From an uncultured Chloroflexia bacterium (lineage in GTDB: Bacteria; Chloroflexota; Limnocylindria; Limnocylindrales; CSP1-4): DNA of 64,000 nucleotides. The stretch lies in contig CAWFND010000008.1 in the NCBI GenBank assembly GCA_963817095.1, forward strand, positions 229,911 to 293,910, read 5' to 3'. Of this stretch, positions 9,943-19,159 are shown one piece after another. Position 1 is the stretch's first letter; every line of letters starts with the position of its first letter. The position numbers and the translations under genes were made by a program. The notes under the pieces are model-generated. The model was not told the origin of the DNA. It did no database searches and worked only from the letters and a program-made list of their open reading frames with translations.

Positions 9943-10712
9943 CCTCGCACCCCTGAACGGACGACGACGGTCGCCCCCGGCAGGTCGACGGCGCGATCCG
10001 GGACGACCCGATCGACCTCGAGCACGACAGTCGCGGCGGGGGATGAGCCAGTGCCGGCGCCCGGCACACGGAACCGGACCGTTTGCTCACCGATGGCGAG
10101 CGTCGGACTGCCGTTGCCGTCGGCGGCCACGGCGATGTCGAGAGCCCTCGCGAACGACCGCGTGGCCGGCTCGAGGCCGGCAGCGACCTCCAGCGTCACA
10201 AGGCGGACGCGGCCACCGATCGGGTGGACGAATCGGCCGCGTTCTGCCCGTTCCTCCGGCGTCCATTCCGCACCGGCTCCGTCGTGTTCGATGAGGAACG
10301 GCGAGGCCGGACCGAGGACGGCCGGATGCGCGAGTCGCCATCGAACCACACGCGCGTCCGGGCGACGGCGTTCCCCGTCGATCAGCCGGGACCAGGCGGC
10401 GTCACCGGTCGGCATTCGCTCGGTGTCCCCGGCGAGGTCGTCCGTCGCGCAGGCCCACGTCGCAAGCCCTCCGCCGGCGGCCAGGGCCGCCAACGTCGGC
10501 CGCCCGATCCAGGTCGTCGCCGCCAGCGCCGGATCGAACACGCCGATCAGCTCGAGATAGGTGTCGCCCAGCCAGACCAGGCGGTTGAACGTCCCGAGCC
10601 GCTCGTGGCGGCCGCCGCCGCCGGCCGCCAGCCCAGCCTCCCGTTTCAGCCGGTCGACGGCCGCATCCGGGTCGGTCGTCGCAAGGACCAGGTGGTCGAT
10701 GCCGGTCAGCAT
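9939..10712 (-). CDS. VOC (glyoxalase/bleomycin-resistance/dioxygenase) family protein
   Basis: Starts MLTGIDHLVLATTDPDAAVDRLK, with a second beta-alpha-beta-beta-beta module (FLIEHDGAG). Start chosen at ATG 10712, which overlaps the upstream stop as TGATG. The N-terminal extension in the ORF table is Arg-rich. Confidence 0.6.
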   Translation of the reverse strand: MLTGIDHLVLATTDPDAAVDRLKREAGLAAGGGGRHERLGTFNRLVWLGDTYLELIGVFDPALAATTWIGRPTLAALAAGGGLATWACATDDLAGDTERMPTGDAAWSRLIDGERRRPDARVVRWRLAHPAVLGPASPFLIEHDGAGAEWTPEERAERGRFVHPIGGRVRLVTLEVAAGLEPATRSFARALDIAVAADGNGSPTLAIGEQTVRFRVPGAGTGSSPAATVVLEVDRVVPDRAVDLPGATVVVRSGVRG

Positions 10713-11620
10713 CAGTACAGTGGCGACCGGTCCCGGCCGGACCGGGTCGCGCCGAACCCGTCGATGGCCCCCCGGACCGACTCGACGTCGACGACGCCGT
10801 CCACCGCCAGCCGACGCAGCAGCCCGGCTCGGTCGGCCTGGTCCTGCTCGAGATCGCCGGACCTCCGCTCGAGCCGGATCGCGAGCTCCGGCATGATGCC
10901 CCATGAGAAGTGCTCCAGGACATCCGCCCCCTCGTCCCGAACCGCGATGACGGCGGGCGGCAGACGCTGGACGTGGCCGTGCTCGTCGCGCCCGACCGGG
11001 CGGGCGTAGTGAGCCGCGACGACCCGTCGCCGGACGTGGCCGTCCGGTCCGCGCTCGGGGCGGACGACGAGGATCAGCCCGAGGTAGGACAGCTCGTCGT
11101 CGGTCAGGCCCACGGACGGGGACTTGAGGACGTCGTGGATGTCCTCAAGCCGGTCCGCATGGATCGTCGCCCCGATCCCGTAGCCGATCGAGGCCGCCCG
11201 GATCAGCGTTCTCGCGGCGGGGCCCCAGGTGTAGAGCGGGAGGTGGGCCGAGAGCTCGGCCGCGACGAGGTACGCGGAGGCGGGCGTGACCGGCTGGGCG
11301 GGCGCCACTTCGGCGGATGTGCCCTCCGACCGCCACCCCAGCGCCGTCGCCTCCGGCAGCCACGCGAAGTCCTCCTCGACGCCGGCGAGGTCCACTCGTC
11401 TCGTCGTCGGCGGCAGGAAGTCGAGCAGCGCGTCGAACAACGTCGTCTTGCCGGCACCCTGGGCCAGACCCCCGACGACCAGCGGTAGCCGCGCCTCGAC
11501 GAGCAGCCAGGCGAGACCGGCGAGCTCCGCGTCGAGGACCCCGCCGACGATCAGCTCGACGATCGACCGGCGCGGCGGCGCGATCGCGGCGCGGAGCCAG
11601 GTGAGGCGCTCATCGTCCAT
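10712..11620 (-). CDS. P-loop NTPase, divergent CpaF/VirB11-like secretion-ATPase fold
   Basis: Walker A VVGGLAQGAGKTTLFDALLDF and a GYGIGATIHADRLEDI block that resembles the CpaF GHDGsmsTiHAns motif. The antisense ORFs are R-rich. Confidence 0.45.
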   Translation of the reverse strand: MDDERLTWLRAAIAPPRRSIVELIVGGVLDAELAGLAWLLVEARLPLVVGGLAQGAGKTTLFDALLDFLPPTTRRVDLAGVEEDFAWLPEATALGWRSEGTSAEVAPAQPVTPASAYLVAAELSAHLPLYTWGPAARTLIRAASIGYGIGATIHADRLEDIHDVLKSPSVGLTDDELSYLGLILVVRPERGPDGHVRRRVVAAHYARPVGRDEHGHVQRLPPAVIAVRDEGADVLEHFSWGIMPELAIRLERRSGDLEQDQADRAGLLRRLAVDGVVDVESVRGAIDGFGATRSGRDRSPLY

Positions 11621-11669
11621 CGGCCCGATGATGACAGGCCCTGGCGGATCGTCGGACTACGATGCCGGC

Positions 11670-12263
11670 ATGGACGAGGCGCTCGAGATCGTCCCGCTGA
11701 CGCCGGACCGCTGGGACGACGTCGCCGCGCTCTTCGGCGAAGGGGGCGACCCGAAGACCTGCTGGTGCATGTACTGGCGGCTGCGATCGAAGGACTGGTC
11801 GTTCGCGAACGCCGCCGCGACCCGCGATGGCCTCCACGCCCTCGTCGACGAGGGGCGCGACCCGGCGCCCGGGCTGCTCGCGTATCGGGGCGGCCGGGCG
11901 GTGGGCTGGGTCAGCGTCGCGCCGCGCGAGGACTACGAGCGACTCACGAATTCCCGCGTCCGGCCGAAGATCGATGACACGCCGGTCTGGTCGGTCGTCT
12001 GCTTCGTCGTCTCGAAGACGGCCCGGCGGGAGGGCCTGACGACGCCGCTCCTCGCGGCGGCGACGGCCTACGCCGCCGACCACGGCGCGCCCGCCCTCGA
12101 GGCCTATCCGGTCGATCCCGGAGACGGGCGAGTCCCGGCCGCACTCGGCTATACCGGGATCCTCTCGACGTTCGAGACCGCCGGTTTCGAGGTTGTCCAA
12201 CGCATCGATTCGCCACAATCGACCGTCCGCCGGGTCATCGTTCGACGGACGATCGATCCGTGA
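11670..12263 (+). CDS. GNAT family N-acetyltransferase
   Basis: MDEALEIVPLTPDRWDD ... acetyl-CoA-binding region RREGLTTPLLAAATAYAADHGA. Divergent from the P-loop gene with a 49-nt spacer. Confidence 0.7.
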   Translation: MDEALEIVPLTPDRWDDVAALFGEGGDPKTCWCMYWRLRSKDWSFANAAATRDGLHALVDEGRDPAPGLLAYRGGRAVGWVSVAPREDYERLTNSRVRPKIDDTPVWSVVCFVVSKTARREGLTTPLLAAATAYAADHGAPALEAYPVDPGDGRVPAALGYTGILSTFETAGFEVVQRIDSPQSTVRRVIVRRTIDP

Positions 12264-12532
12264 GCAGGTCGGGCATCTACGTCATCTGTCGCGCCGGCAC
12301 TCCCGTCATTCCGCCCGGTTGACGGGCCGTCCGCGACGCGCGTAGACTGCCCGCCGGCGTGCAGATCGCCCGCCCTCATCCAGCTCGCGGAGGCGTACTC
12401 CGAATGAAGATGAACCACCTGCTCTTCCGGCCCTCGATCGCGCCTACCGGCGCCATCGTGCGCGGGAGATCTGTGCCCATCTCGAGCTAGCCTGAGGCGG
12501 CGAGTCCGCCTTCCAGACGAACCACGAGCCGT

Positions 12533-12557
12533 GGGCCAGACGGGCCCCGGCTTTTTT
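12533..12557 (+). terminator. intrinsic-terminator-like GC hairpin (GGGCC-agacg-GGCCC) followed by cggcTTTTTT
   Basis: Stem at 12533-12537 / 12543-12547, T6 at 12552-12557. A second hairpin (GGCGG...CCGCC) sits at 12496-12510 and a CTCTCC-tca-GGAGAG palindrome at 12563-12577. T6 is rare in this GC background. Confidence 0.35.
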
Positions 12558-12715
12558 GATGCCTCTCCTCAGGAGAGCCGTCCCTCGAGCCGCGAGCCCA
12601 TCCCGATGCGCCGGAGCATCGACGCGGGTCCGCGGCTCGATCGATTCCCGGTCACCGGAACAGCAGCCAGGACAGCCCACCTCCGCAACCGCGAAACCAC
12701 CAGGAGCCCACCCCA

Positions 12716-13606
12716 GTGACTGCCACCGTCCTCGGACAACAGAAGATCGCCCGCTCCGGCGGCGCCACGGGCGCTGCGCGCGCGGTCGACGCGGCCGTCC
12801 CGGCGCTCCTCGTGGAGGGCGTCACCAAGCGGTTCGTCGTCGGTCGCAAGCGCAAGCCCGTCGTCGCGATCGAAGACGTGTCCCTCCGCCTCGAGCGGGG
12901 CGGCATCGTCGGGATCCTCGGCGCCAACGGCTCGGGCAAGTCCACCCTCATCCGCCTCGTCTCAGGCCTGCTGACCCTCGACGAGGGCAAGGTCTCGGTC
13001 TTCGGCTTCGACATCGAGCGCGACGAGATGGAGGTCAAGCGGCTGATCAACCGGGTCAGCGTCGACGCAGCCTTCTTCAAGAAGCTCAGCCCGATGGAGA
13101 ACCTCCTTTTCGCCGCCCGGCTCTACGGCCTGGGGGCAGCGGAGGCGAAGCGGGACGCGATCGAGATCCTCGGCCGGCTCGGGATCGGCGAGAAGCGGGT
13201 CGGTCGGCCCATCGAGCAGATGAGCCGGGGCATGCAGCAGAAGGTCGCGATCGCGCGAGCCCTGTTGACGAGCCCCTCGCTCCTCCTCCTCGACGAGCCG
13301 ACGACCGGTCTCGATCCGCGTTCGAAGCTCGACGTCCAGGCGTTCATCGAGGAGCTCCAGGAGACGCATGACGCGTCGATCGTGCTCACGACCCACGACC
13401 TGGACGAGGCCGAGCGGCTGTGCGACTCGATCACGGTCCTGGCCGGCGGCCGGGTCATCGTCGAGGACACGCCGGCGGGGCTGATCGCGACCGAAGCAGA
13501 CCGAACGGGTCGAGCCGCGACCCTCCACGACGTCTTCATGACCCACACCGGCCGCTCGCTCGACGACGACGTCGAGGACGAGTCGACCGATGACGACACC
13601 AACTGA
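12716..13606 (+). CDS. ABC transporter ATP-binding protein (ABC-2/DrrA-type)
   Basis: Walker A GANGSGKST, Q-loop, signature MSRGMQQKVAIARAL, Walker B LLLLDEPTTGLD and H-loop TTHDLDEA. GTG start preceded by AGGAG. Confidence 0.85.
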   Translation: MTATVLGQQKIARSGGATGAARAVDAAVPALLVEGVTKRFVVGRKRKPVVAIEDVSLRLERGGIVGILGANGSGKSTLIRLVSGLLTLDEGKVSVFGFDIERDEMEVKRLINRVSVDAAFFKKLSPMENLLFAARLYGLGAAEAKRDAIEILGRLGIGEKRVGRPIEQMSRGMQQKVAIARALLTSPSLLLLDEPTTGLDPRSKLDVQAFIEELQETHDASIVLTTHDLDEAERLCDSITVLAGGRVIVEDTPAGLIATEADRTGRAATLHDVFMTHTGRSLDDDVEDESTDDDTN

Positions 13607-13623
13607 AGGGAGGTGACGACGAG

Positions 13624-13818
13624 ATGCAGCACAGCAACCCGAACGATCAGGTCTGGCTGATCAACCAGCTGCGCCGGCAGGCCTTCGAGCGAGCGGCGAT
13701 CGTCCGCCAGCTCGAGACCCCGGCGCCGTCGATCCGTCGTGCCATCGGCACGTGGTTGGTCCGGTTCGGCACCCGCCTGGCGGGCGAGCCGACCTACTCG
13801 CTGGCTCGGTCGCGATGA
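13624..13818 (+). CDS. small 64-aa ORF between the ABC ATPase and permease genes
   Basis: Strong SD GAAGGGAGGTGA 7 nt upstream of ATG. GC3 of about 90% is consistent with coding. No family recognised. Confidence 0.35.
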   Translation: MQHSNPNDQVWLINQLRRQAFERAAIVRQLETPAPSIRRAIGTWLVRFGTRLAGEPTYSLARSR

Positions 13819-13853
13819 GCGGCCGAGCCGGCGTCGCCACCCGGAGAAATCCA

Positions 13854-14657
13854 ATGACCACAATCGCCCACGAGATGAAGGCCTCGTACGCCTTCATGGA
13901 GCGCAACTTCTTCCTCACCCGGCGCTACTGGGGCTGGGAGATCGCCTTCCTGGTCTACTCCGTGGCGGGTGCGCTGAGCATCTCGCTCATCGGGGCGGAT
14001 CAGGGCGACGCCCACCTGACGCTGATGCTGATGATCGGCGCGATCTTCTGGAACTACCTGTCGGTCGTGTTCAGCTGGATCGCGGAGACGATCACGGTGG
14101 AGCGCTGGGAGGGCACCCTCGAGTACACGATGATGGCGCCGATCCGGCGTTGGTCGCAGCTGCTCGGCTCGGTCCTGTACGCCATGGTGTACGGGCTGAT
14201 CCACACGGCGGCGATCCTTGTCGTCCTCATCCTGTTCTTCCCCGACCTCGGCGTGGCGAGCGCCAACCCGGTGACCGTCTTGACGTTCGTCATCCTCGGG
14301 TCGTTCAGCATCGTCGGGATCGGCATGATCGCGGCCATCCTCCCGCTCCTCTACGTGGAGCGCGGGGCGCAGATGACGTTCGTCCTGCAGTCGTGCCTGC
14401 TGCTCGTCAGCGGCGTGTACTACTCGGTCACGATCCTGCCGGGCTGGATGCAGGTGCTCTCGAAGTTCTCGCCGGCGACCTACGTCCTGGACGGCGTCCG
14501 CAAGGGCGTCGTCGACGGGACGCCGGTCTCGGAGCTCATGCATGACGTCTGGCCGCTGATCGTGATGGGGGCATTCCTCATCCCGTTCGGGCTGTGGGCG
14601 TTCAGCCGCGCCGAGCGCTACGCCAAGCGGACCGGGAAGCTGAAGCGCGTCGGATGA
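13854..14657 (+). CDS. ABC-2 type transporter permease
   Basis: Six TM helices and an ABC-2 fold (MTTIAHEMKASYAFMERNFFLTRRYWGWEI...). SD GGAGA. Its stop overlaps the rsgA start. Confidence 0.75.
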   Translation: MTTIAHEMKASYAFMERNFFLTRRYWGWEIAFLVYSVAGALSISLIGADQGDAHLTLMLMIGAIFWNYLSVVFSWIAETITVERWEGTLEYTMMAPIRRWSQLLGSVLYAMVYGLIHTAAILVVLILFFPDLGVASANPVTVLTFVILGSFSIVGIGMIAAILPLLYVERGAQMTFVLQSCLLLVSGVYYSVTILPGWMQVLSKFSPATYVLDGVRKGVVDGTPVSELMHDVWPLIVMGAFLIPFGLWAFSRAERYAKRTGKLKRVG

Positions 14658-15766
14658 GTTGGGCATCTCCAGCCTCGCCGACCCTCGAGGCGCTCGGCTG
14701 GACCGGGACGCTGGCCGAGGCCCATGCGGCTCACGCGGCACTGGGCCGGGAGCCGGCACGGGTCGTGGCCGAGGACCGCGGCTCGTACCAGCTCGCCGGC
14801 GCCGCCGGGGAGCAGCGGGCCGCGGTCAGCGGCCGGTTCCGCTTCGACGCCGACGACGATCCGGCCGCGTTCCCCGCGGTCGGCGACTGGGTCGCGGTCG
14901 AGGGCGGGATGGCCGGCGAGACGGTCATCCATGCCCTGCTCCCGCGTCGGTCCGCGCTGGTTCGCCAGGCGGCCGGGCGGCGCACCGAGGCCCAGGTCGT
15001 CGGGGCGAACCTCGACATCGTCTTCGTGGTCGCGTCGTTGAACGCCGACCTCAACCTCCGCCGGCTCGAGCGCTATCTCGCCGCAGCCTGGGACAGCGGC
15101 GCCGAGCCGATCGTGATCCTCTCCAAGGCCGATCTCGACGACGAGGACGAGATCGCGGCGGCCCTCGCGGACGTCGAGCGGATCGCGGCCGGAGCCACGG
15201 TCATCGTCGTGAGCGCGATCGACGGTCGCGGCGTCGAGGACGTTCGCGCCCGGATCGGGTCCGGACGGACGGTCGCGTTCGTGGGCTCGTCCGGCGTGGG
15301 CAAGTCGACGCTGCTGAACCGGCTGGCCGGGGCGGAGATCGCGGCGACGAGCGATGTCCGCGAGGACGACGCCCGCGGCCGCCACACGACCACGCGCCGC
15401 CAGCTCCACCTCCTGCCGGGCGGTGGCCTCGTGCTCGACACGCCGGGGATGCGCGAGATCTCGCTCTGGGACGACGGGGGCCTCGAGCGTTCCTTCGGCG
15501 ACCTCGACGAGCTGGCGGCGAGCTGCCGGTTCAGCGACTGTTCCCACGCCGGCGAGCCGGGCTGCGCGGTCGCGATGGCGCTCACCGACGGGCGTCTCGC
15601 CGCCGATCGATACGAGAGCTGGCGGAAGCTCCAGCGCGAGGCGGCTCACCATGAGCGGCGAGTGGATGCCCTCGCTCGGGCCGAGGAGCGGCGGAAGTGG
15701 AAGCAGATCGGCAGGTCGGTCAGCCGCCACATGGACGCGAAGTACGGAACGGAGCACCGCCGATGA
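14654..15766 (+). CDS. rsgA: ribosome small-subunit-dependent GTPase A (RsgA/YjeQ)
   Basis: Circularly permuted GTPase with ILSKADL, GSSGVGKSTLLNRL and DTPG motifs, plus the C-terminal Zn-finger CRFSDCSHAGEPGCAV. Overlaps the neighbouring genes as ATGA on both sides. Confidence 0.85.
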   Translation: MSWASPASPTLEALGWTGTLAEAHAAHAALGREPARVVAEDRGSYQLAGAAGEQRAAVSGRFRFDADDDPAAFPAVGDWVAVEGGMAGETVIHALLPRRSALVRQAAGRRTEAQVVGANLDIVFVVASLNADLNLRRLERYLAAAWDSGAEPIVILSKADLDDEDEIAAALADVERIAAGATVIVVSAIDGRGVEDVRARIGSGRTVAFVGSSGVGKSTLLNRLAGAEIAATSDVREDDARGRHTTTRRQLHLLPGGGLVLDTPGMREISLWDDGGLERSFGDLDELAASCRFSDCSHAGEPGCAVAMALTDGRLAADRYESWRKLQREAAHHERRVDALARAEERRKWKQIGRSVSRHMDAKYGTEHRR

Positions 15767-16851
15767 CGACGCGGGTCAAGGGCACCGATGCCGCGCCTCG
15801 GGCCGCCCGGCTCGCCCGTGCCGAAGAGATCCGGATCGAGCCGTCGTCCGATCTCGACGCCGAGCTGCCCGGCATGTATGCCGCGGCCGATCGGGCCCGG
15901 CACGCCGACGGCGAGATCGAGCGGAACACGCTGCCGGCGATGTCGGCCTACTACCGGAACCTCGAGCACTTCGTGCCGGCGACCGACCTCGTCGTCGCCC
16001 GGCGCGGCGACGCGATCGTCGGCTATGCCCGCGTCGAGTGGTCGGACTCGACCAACGGCGAGCGCTGGTACGAGTCGGCCTGCTTCGTCGATCCGGACGT
16101 GCGGCGACGCGGGGTCGGCCGTCGGCTGCTCGCCTGGTCCGAGACGCGCCGGCTCGAGATGGTCGAGGCCGAGCGGGCCGCGTCCGTCGCCGTCGACCGA
16201 CCCCGCTGGCTGACCACCTTCAACCGTGACGGTGACGCCGGTGGCGAGCGATTGCTGCGTGGCGCAGGGTACGAGCCGTTCCGCCGATTCCATTCGATGC
16301 GCCGGCCGGACTTCTCCGCGATCGCGGACGCGCCCATGCCCGAGGGCCTCGAGGTCCGGCCGGTCGCGAACGAGCCCGACCAGATCCGCGCCGTCATCGC
16401 CGCCGACAGCGAGGCCTTCCTCGACCATTTCGGCTCGGTCGAGGACGTGGACAGCGTCTATCGCCAGATCGTCGGCGATCCGGACACGGACACATCGCTC
16501 TGGCTCGTCGCGTTCGACGGTGAGGAGATCGCCGGCGCGGTCCTCGGTGGGATCCACGCCGACCAGGACGACATCCCGGTCGGCTGGCTCGACTCGATCT
16601 TCACGCGGCGCCCGTGGCGCCAGCGAGGGCTGGCCCGGGCCCTGATCACGCGGACGCTGGTCCGGCTTCGCGATCGCGGGGTGACGAGCGCGGCGCTCGC
16701 CGTGGACTCGGCCAACCCGAATCGGGCGCTCCGGCTGTACGAGACATCGGGCTTTCAGGTCGCGTCGAGCACGACGATCTTCCGGAAGCCGCTGACGGCC
16801 GGTGACGATCGGCCGACGAGCGATGAGGACACCGACGACCGAGCCGGGTGA
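15763..16851 (+). CDS. tandem-GNAT acetyltransferase (MshD-like two-domain architecture)
   Basis: Two acetyl-CoA binding blocks (RRRGVGRRLLAW and RQRGLARALITRTL). About 362 aa. ATGA overlap with rsgA. Confidence 0.65.
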   Translation: MTTRVKGTDAAPRAARLARAEEIRIEPSSDLDAELPGMYAAADRARHADGEIERNTLPAMSAYYRNLEHFVPATDLVVARRGDAIVGYARVEWSDSTNGERWYESACFVDPDVRRRGVGRRLLAWSETRRLEMVEAERAASVAVDRPRWLTTFNRDGDAGGERLLRGAGYEPFRRFHSMRRPDFSAIADAPMPEGLEVRPVANEPDQIRAVIAADSEAFLDHFGSVEDVDSVYRQIVGDPDTDTSLWLVAFDGEEIAGAVLGGIHADQDDIPVGWLDSIFTRRPWRQRGLARALITRTLVRLRDRGVTSAALAVDSANPNRALRLYETSGFQVASSTTIFRKPLTAGDDRPTSDEDTDDRAG

Positions 16852-16932
16852 TCCCATCGGGCGGTGTCGGGTGGCACCGTTCGGGACCATCGGATCAACG
16901 CTGATCCGGCGATACCGTTCCACGATGCCTCC

Positions 16933-17874
16933 ATGGCATCCCGTCGGTCCCTCGGCCTCGCGTTCGCCGTTGCGCTCGTCGCCGCATCGGTCGGCGGCAG
17001 CTCGGCATCGGCGACACCCAACGGCTCCCGCTTCAAGGCCCGGACGCCCTGCGCCCTGCCGTTCCCGGCGACGAACGTCTGGAACAAGCGCGTCGACACG
17101 CTTCCCGTCCGGAGCGACTCGGCGACGCTCATCGCGACGATGGGGGTCGGGAACCATCTCCACCCCGACTTCGGGACGTTCGCGGGATATGGCATCCCGG
17201 TGAACCCGGTCAGCGCGCTGACCGCGACCTCCTCGGTGACATTCCAGTGGCCGGACGAGTCGGACCTCGTCCCCTATCCGATCCCCGCCTCGCCGAAGAT
17301 CGAGGGTGCCGGCGCCGGCGGCGATCGCCACCTCCTGATGGTCGACATGAAGGCGTGCCGGCTGTGGGAGCTGTACGCCGCGGCGTCCTCGGGCGGGCAC
17401 TGGACCGCCGGTTCGGGCGCGACGTGGGACCTGACCTCGAATGCCCTGCGGCCCGACGGCTGGACCTCCGCCGACGCGGCCGGGCTGCCGATCTACCCCG
17501 GCCTCGCCCGGTACGACGAGGTCGCGGCCGGGCTCATCGCCCACGCGCTCCGCTTCACCGTGCCGACGACGAAATCGGCCCACATCTACCCAGCCCGCCA
17601 CGACGCGGGCGACGGATCCGGAGCGGCGCTGCCGCCGATGGGCCTGCGCGTCCGCCTGAAGGCGAGCGTCAACATCAGCACGTTCGGACCGGAGAGCCGG
17701 GTGATCCTCACGGCGCTGAAGACGTACGGGATGATCCTCGCCGACAACGGCTCGGCGTACTACGTCTCCGGCGCGCCGGACCCGCGCTGGAACGACGATG
17801 ACCTGCACGGTCTCCAGGGCATCACCGGCTCGATGCTCGAGGTGGTCGACACGACGGGGTTCGTGAACGGCTGA
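16933..17874 (+). CDS. secreted hypothetical protein
   Basis: Signal peptide MASRRSLGLAFAVALVAASVGGSSASA. No family recognised. Confidence 0.5.
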   Translation: MASRRSLGLAFAVALVAASVGGSSASATPNGSRFKARTPCALPFPATNVWNKRVDTLPVRSDSATLIATMGVGNHLHPDFGTFAGYGIPVNPVSALTATSSVTFQWPDESDLVPYPIPASPKIEGAGAGGDRHLLMVDMKACRLWELYAAASSGGHWTAGSGATWDLTSNALRPDGWTSADAAGLPIYPGLARYDEVAAGLIAHALRFTVPTTKSAHIYPARHDAGDGSGAALPPMGLRVRLKASVNISTFGPESRVILTALKTYGMILADNGSAYYVSGAPDPRWNDDDLHGLQGITGSMLEVVDTTGFVNG

Positions 17875-18055
17875 TCGCCCGGGCCGCGCCTGCCGCTGAT
17901 GTGCGTCGTCCATCGTGGAACGTCACCGGACGGTGCCCGACCACCCGAACGCCTTCGACACCGTTTGAGCATGTGCCGACGCCATCCCGGAAAGGAGGGC
18001 CGACGTTCCGCCTTCGAGCATGTCGGTGGCCCATGGCCGCGACTGAAGCGTCCGA

Positions 18056-18694
18056 TCAGGCCGGGAGCCGACCGGATGCTCGCACCAGCTCCAGCCAGGG
18101 CCGCTCCCGGCCGATCGTCGTCGACGGGCCGTGGCCGGGCAGGACCGCGAGCGGCGCCTCCAGCTCCGACAGGCGGACGAGCGACTCGACGATCGCCTCC
18201 TCGGAGCCGCCCGGCAGGTCGGTCCGGCCCCACCCACCGGCGAAGAGGGTGTCGCCGCTGAGGAGCAGCCCGTCGTCGTTCGACAGCAGGCACACCGAGC
18301 CCGGCGTGTGGCCCGGCGTGTGCAGCACGCGCAGGTGGATCTCCCCGAACCGGATCTCGCCGCCCTCGGCGAGATCGACGGCCGGCACGGACGGAGGGAT
18401 CTCGAACGGGGCCCAGAGCGGCGTCGGGTGGAGGAGCGCGTCCCGATCGAGCGCGTGAACCGCGATCTCGGCGCCCGTCGCCTCGGAGACCGCCGCGTTG
18501 TCGCCGATGTGATCCCAGTGGCCGTGGGTCGAGACGATCAGCTTCAACGTCCAGTCGCGGGCCGCCAGCTCGTCGGCGATCCAGGCCAGCGACGGGATCG
18601 CGGTGTCGATCGCGATCGCCTCGCGGGTCCGCCGATCGGCGAGGACGTGGACATTGGTCGCGACCGGGCCGACGACGCGGCTGATGCGCTCCAC
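18056..18694 (-). CDS. MBL-fold metallo-hydrolase
   Basis: Metal-binding motifs STHGHWDHIGDN, HTPGHTPGS and PGHGP. Confidence 0.8.
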   Translation of the reverse strand: MERISRVVGPVATNVHVLADRRTREAIAIDTAIPSLAWIADELAARDWTLKLIVSTHGHWDHIGDNAAVSEATGAEIAVHALDRDALLHPTPLWAPFEIPPSVPAVDLAEGGEIRFGEIHLRVLHTPGHTPGSVCLLSNDDGLLLSGDTLFAGGWGRTDLPGGSEEAIVESLVRLSELEAPLAVLPGHGPSTTIGRERPWLELVRASGRLPA

Positions 18695-18718
18695 GGGCTG
18701 GGGCCTCCGACCGGCGAC

Positions 18719-19159
18719 TCAGCCCTCGAGCTTCTCCTTCATGCACTCGAAGGTCTGGCCGATCATCTTGTTGGCCGTCCCCTCGATCAGCCGCGCCCCG
18801 AGCGAGGCGAGGCTGCCGGAGATCATCACGTCGGCGTTCCAGTCCATCCGGGTCCCGCCGGACTCGCCGTCGCTGAGCGTCATCTGGGCGGTCGCGTCGA
18901 CGGCGCTCCCGGGTGCCTGGCCGTGGGCCTTGATCACCGCGCGGTCCGGCGGCTGCTGCTCCGCCATCTCCATGTTGACGACGAAGCGCGCGCTGATGAA
19001 GCCGATCCCGACCTTGGCCGTCGCCTTGAAGTGGGAGTCGTCGATGACCTCGATCGACTCGACGCCGGGGCCGCACTGGCCGACCTGGTTCGGATCGATG
19101 ACGAAGGCCCAGACCTTGTCGCGCGGTGCGGCGATGTCGACGGTTCCCTCGAACTTCAT
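18719..19159 (-). CDS. coxG: CoxG (SRPBCC-fold carbon-monoxide dehydrogenase subunit G)
   Basis: MKFEGTVDIAAPRDKVWAFVIDPNQVGQC... is typical of CoxG. Overlaps the upstream XdhC gene stop as ATGA. Confidence 0.8.
   Translation of the reverse strand: MKFEGTVDIAAPRDKVWAFVIDPNQVGQCGPGVESIEVIDDSHFKATAKVGIGFISARFVVNMEMAEQQPPDRAVIKAHGQAPGSAVDATAQMTLSDGESGGTRMDWNADVMISGSLASLGARLIEGTANKMIGQTFECMKEKLEG

Noticed and set aside
5536-10560. 709-aa and 904-aa plus-strand ORFs
   Set aside because: They are antisense to the ChlI-like ATPase, the vWA protein and the cyclase-STAND gene. No domain motifs are present and the composition is R/G/D-dominated.
17875-18055. Convergent intergenic region with a repeated GAGCATGT(G)CCGAC / GAGCATGTCGG element
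   Set aside because: The repeats are direct rather than a clean inverted pair, and there is no U-tract, so a terminator call is not supportable.
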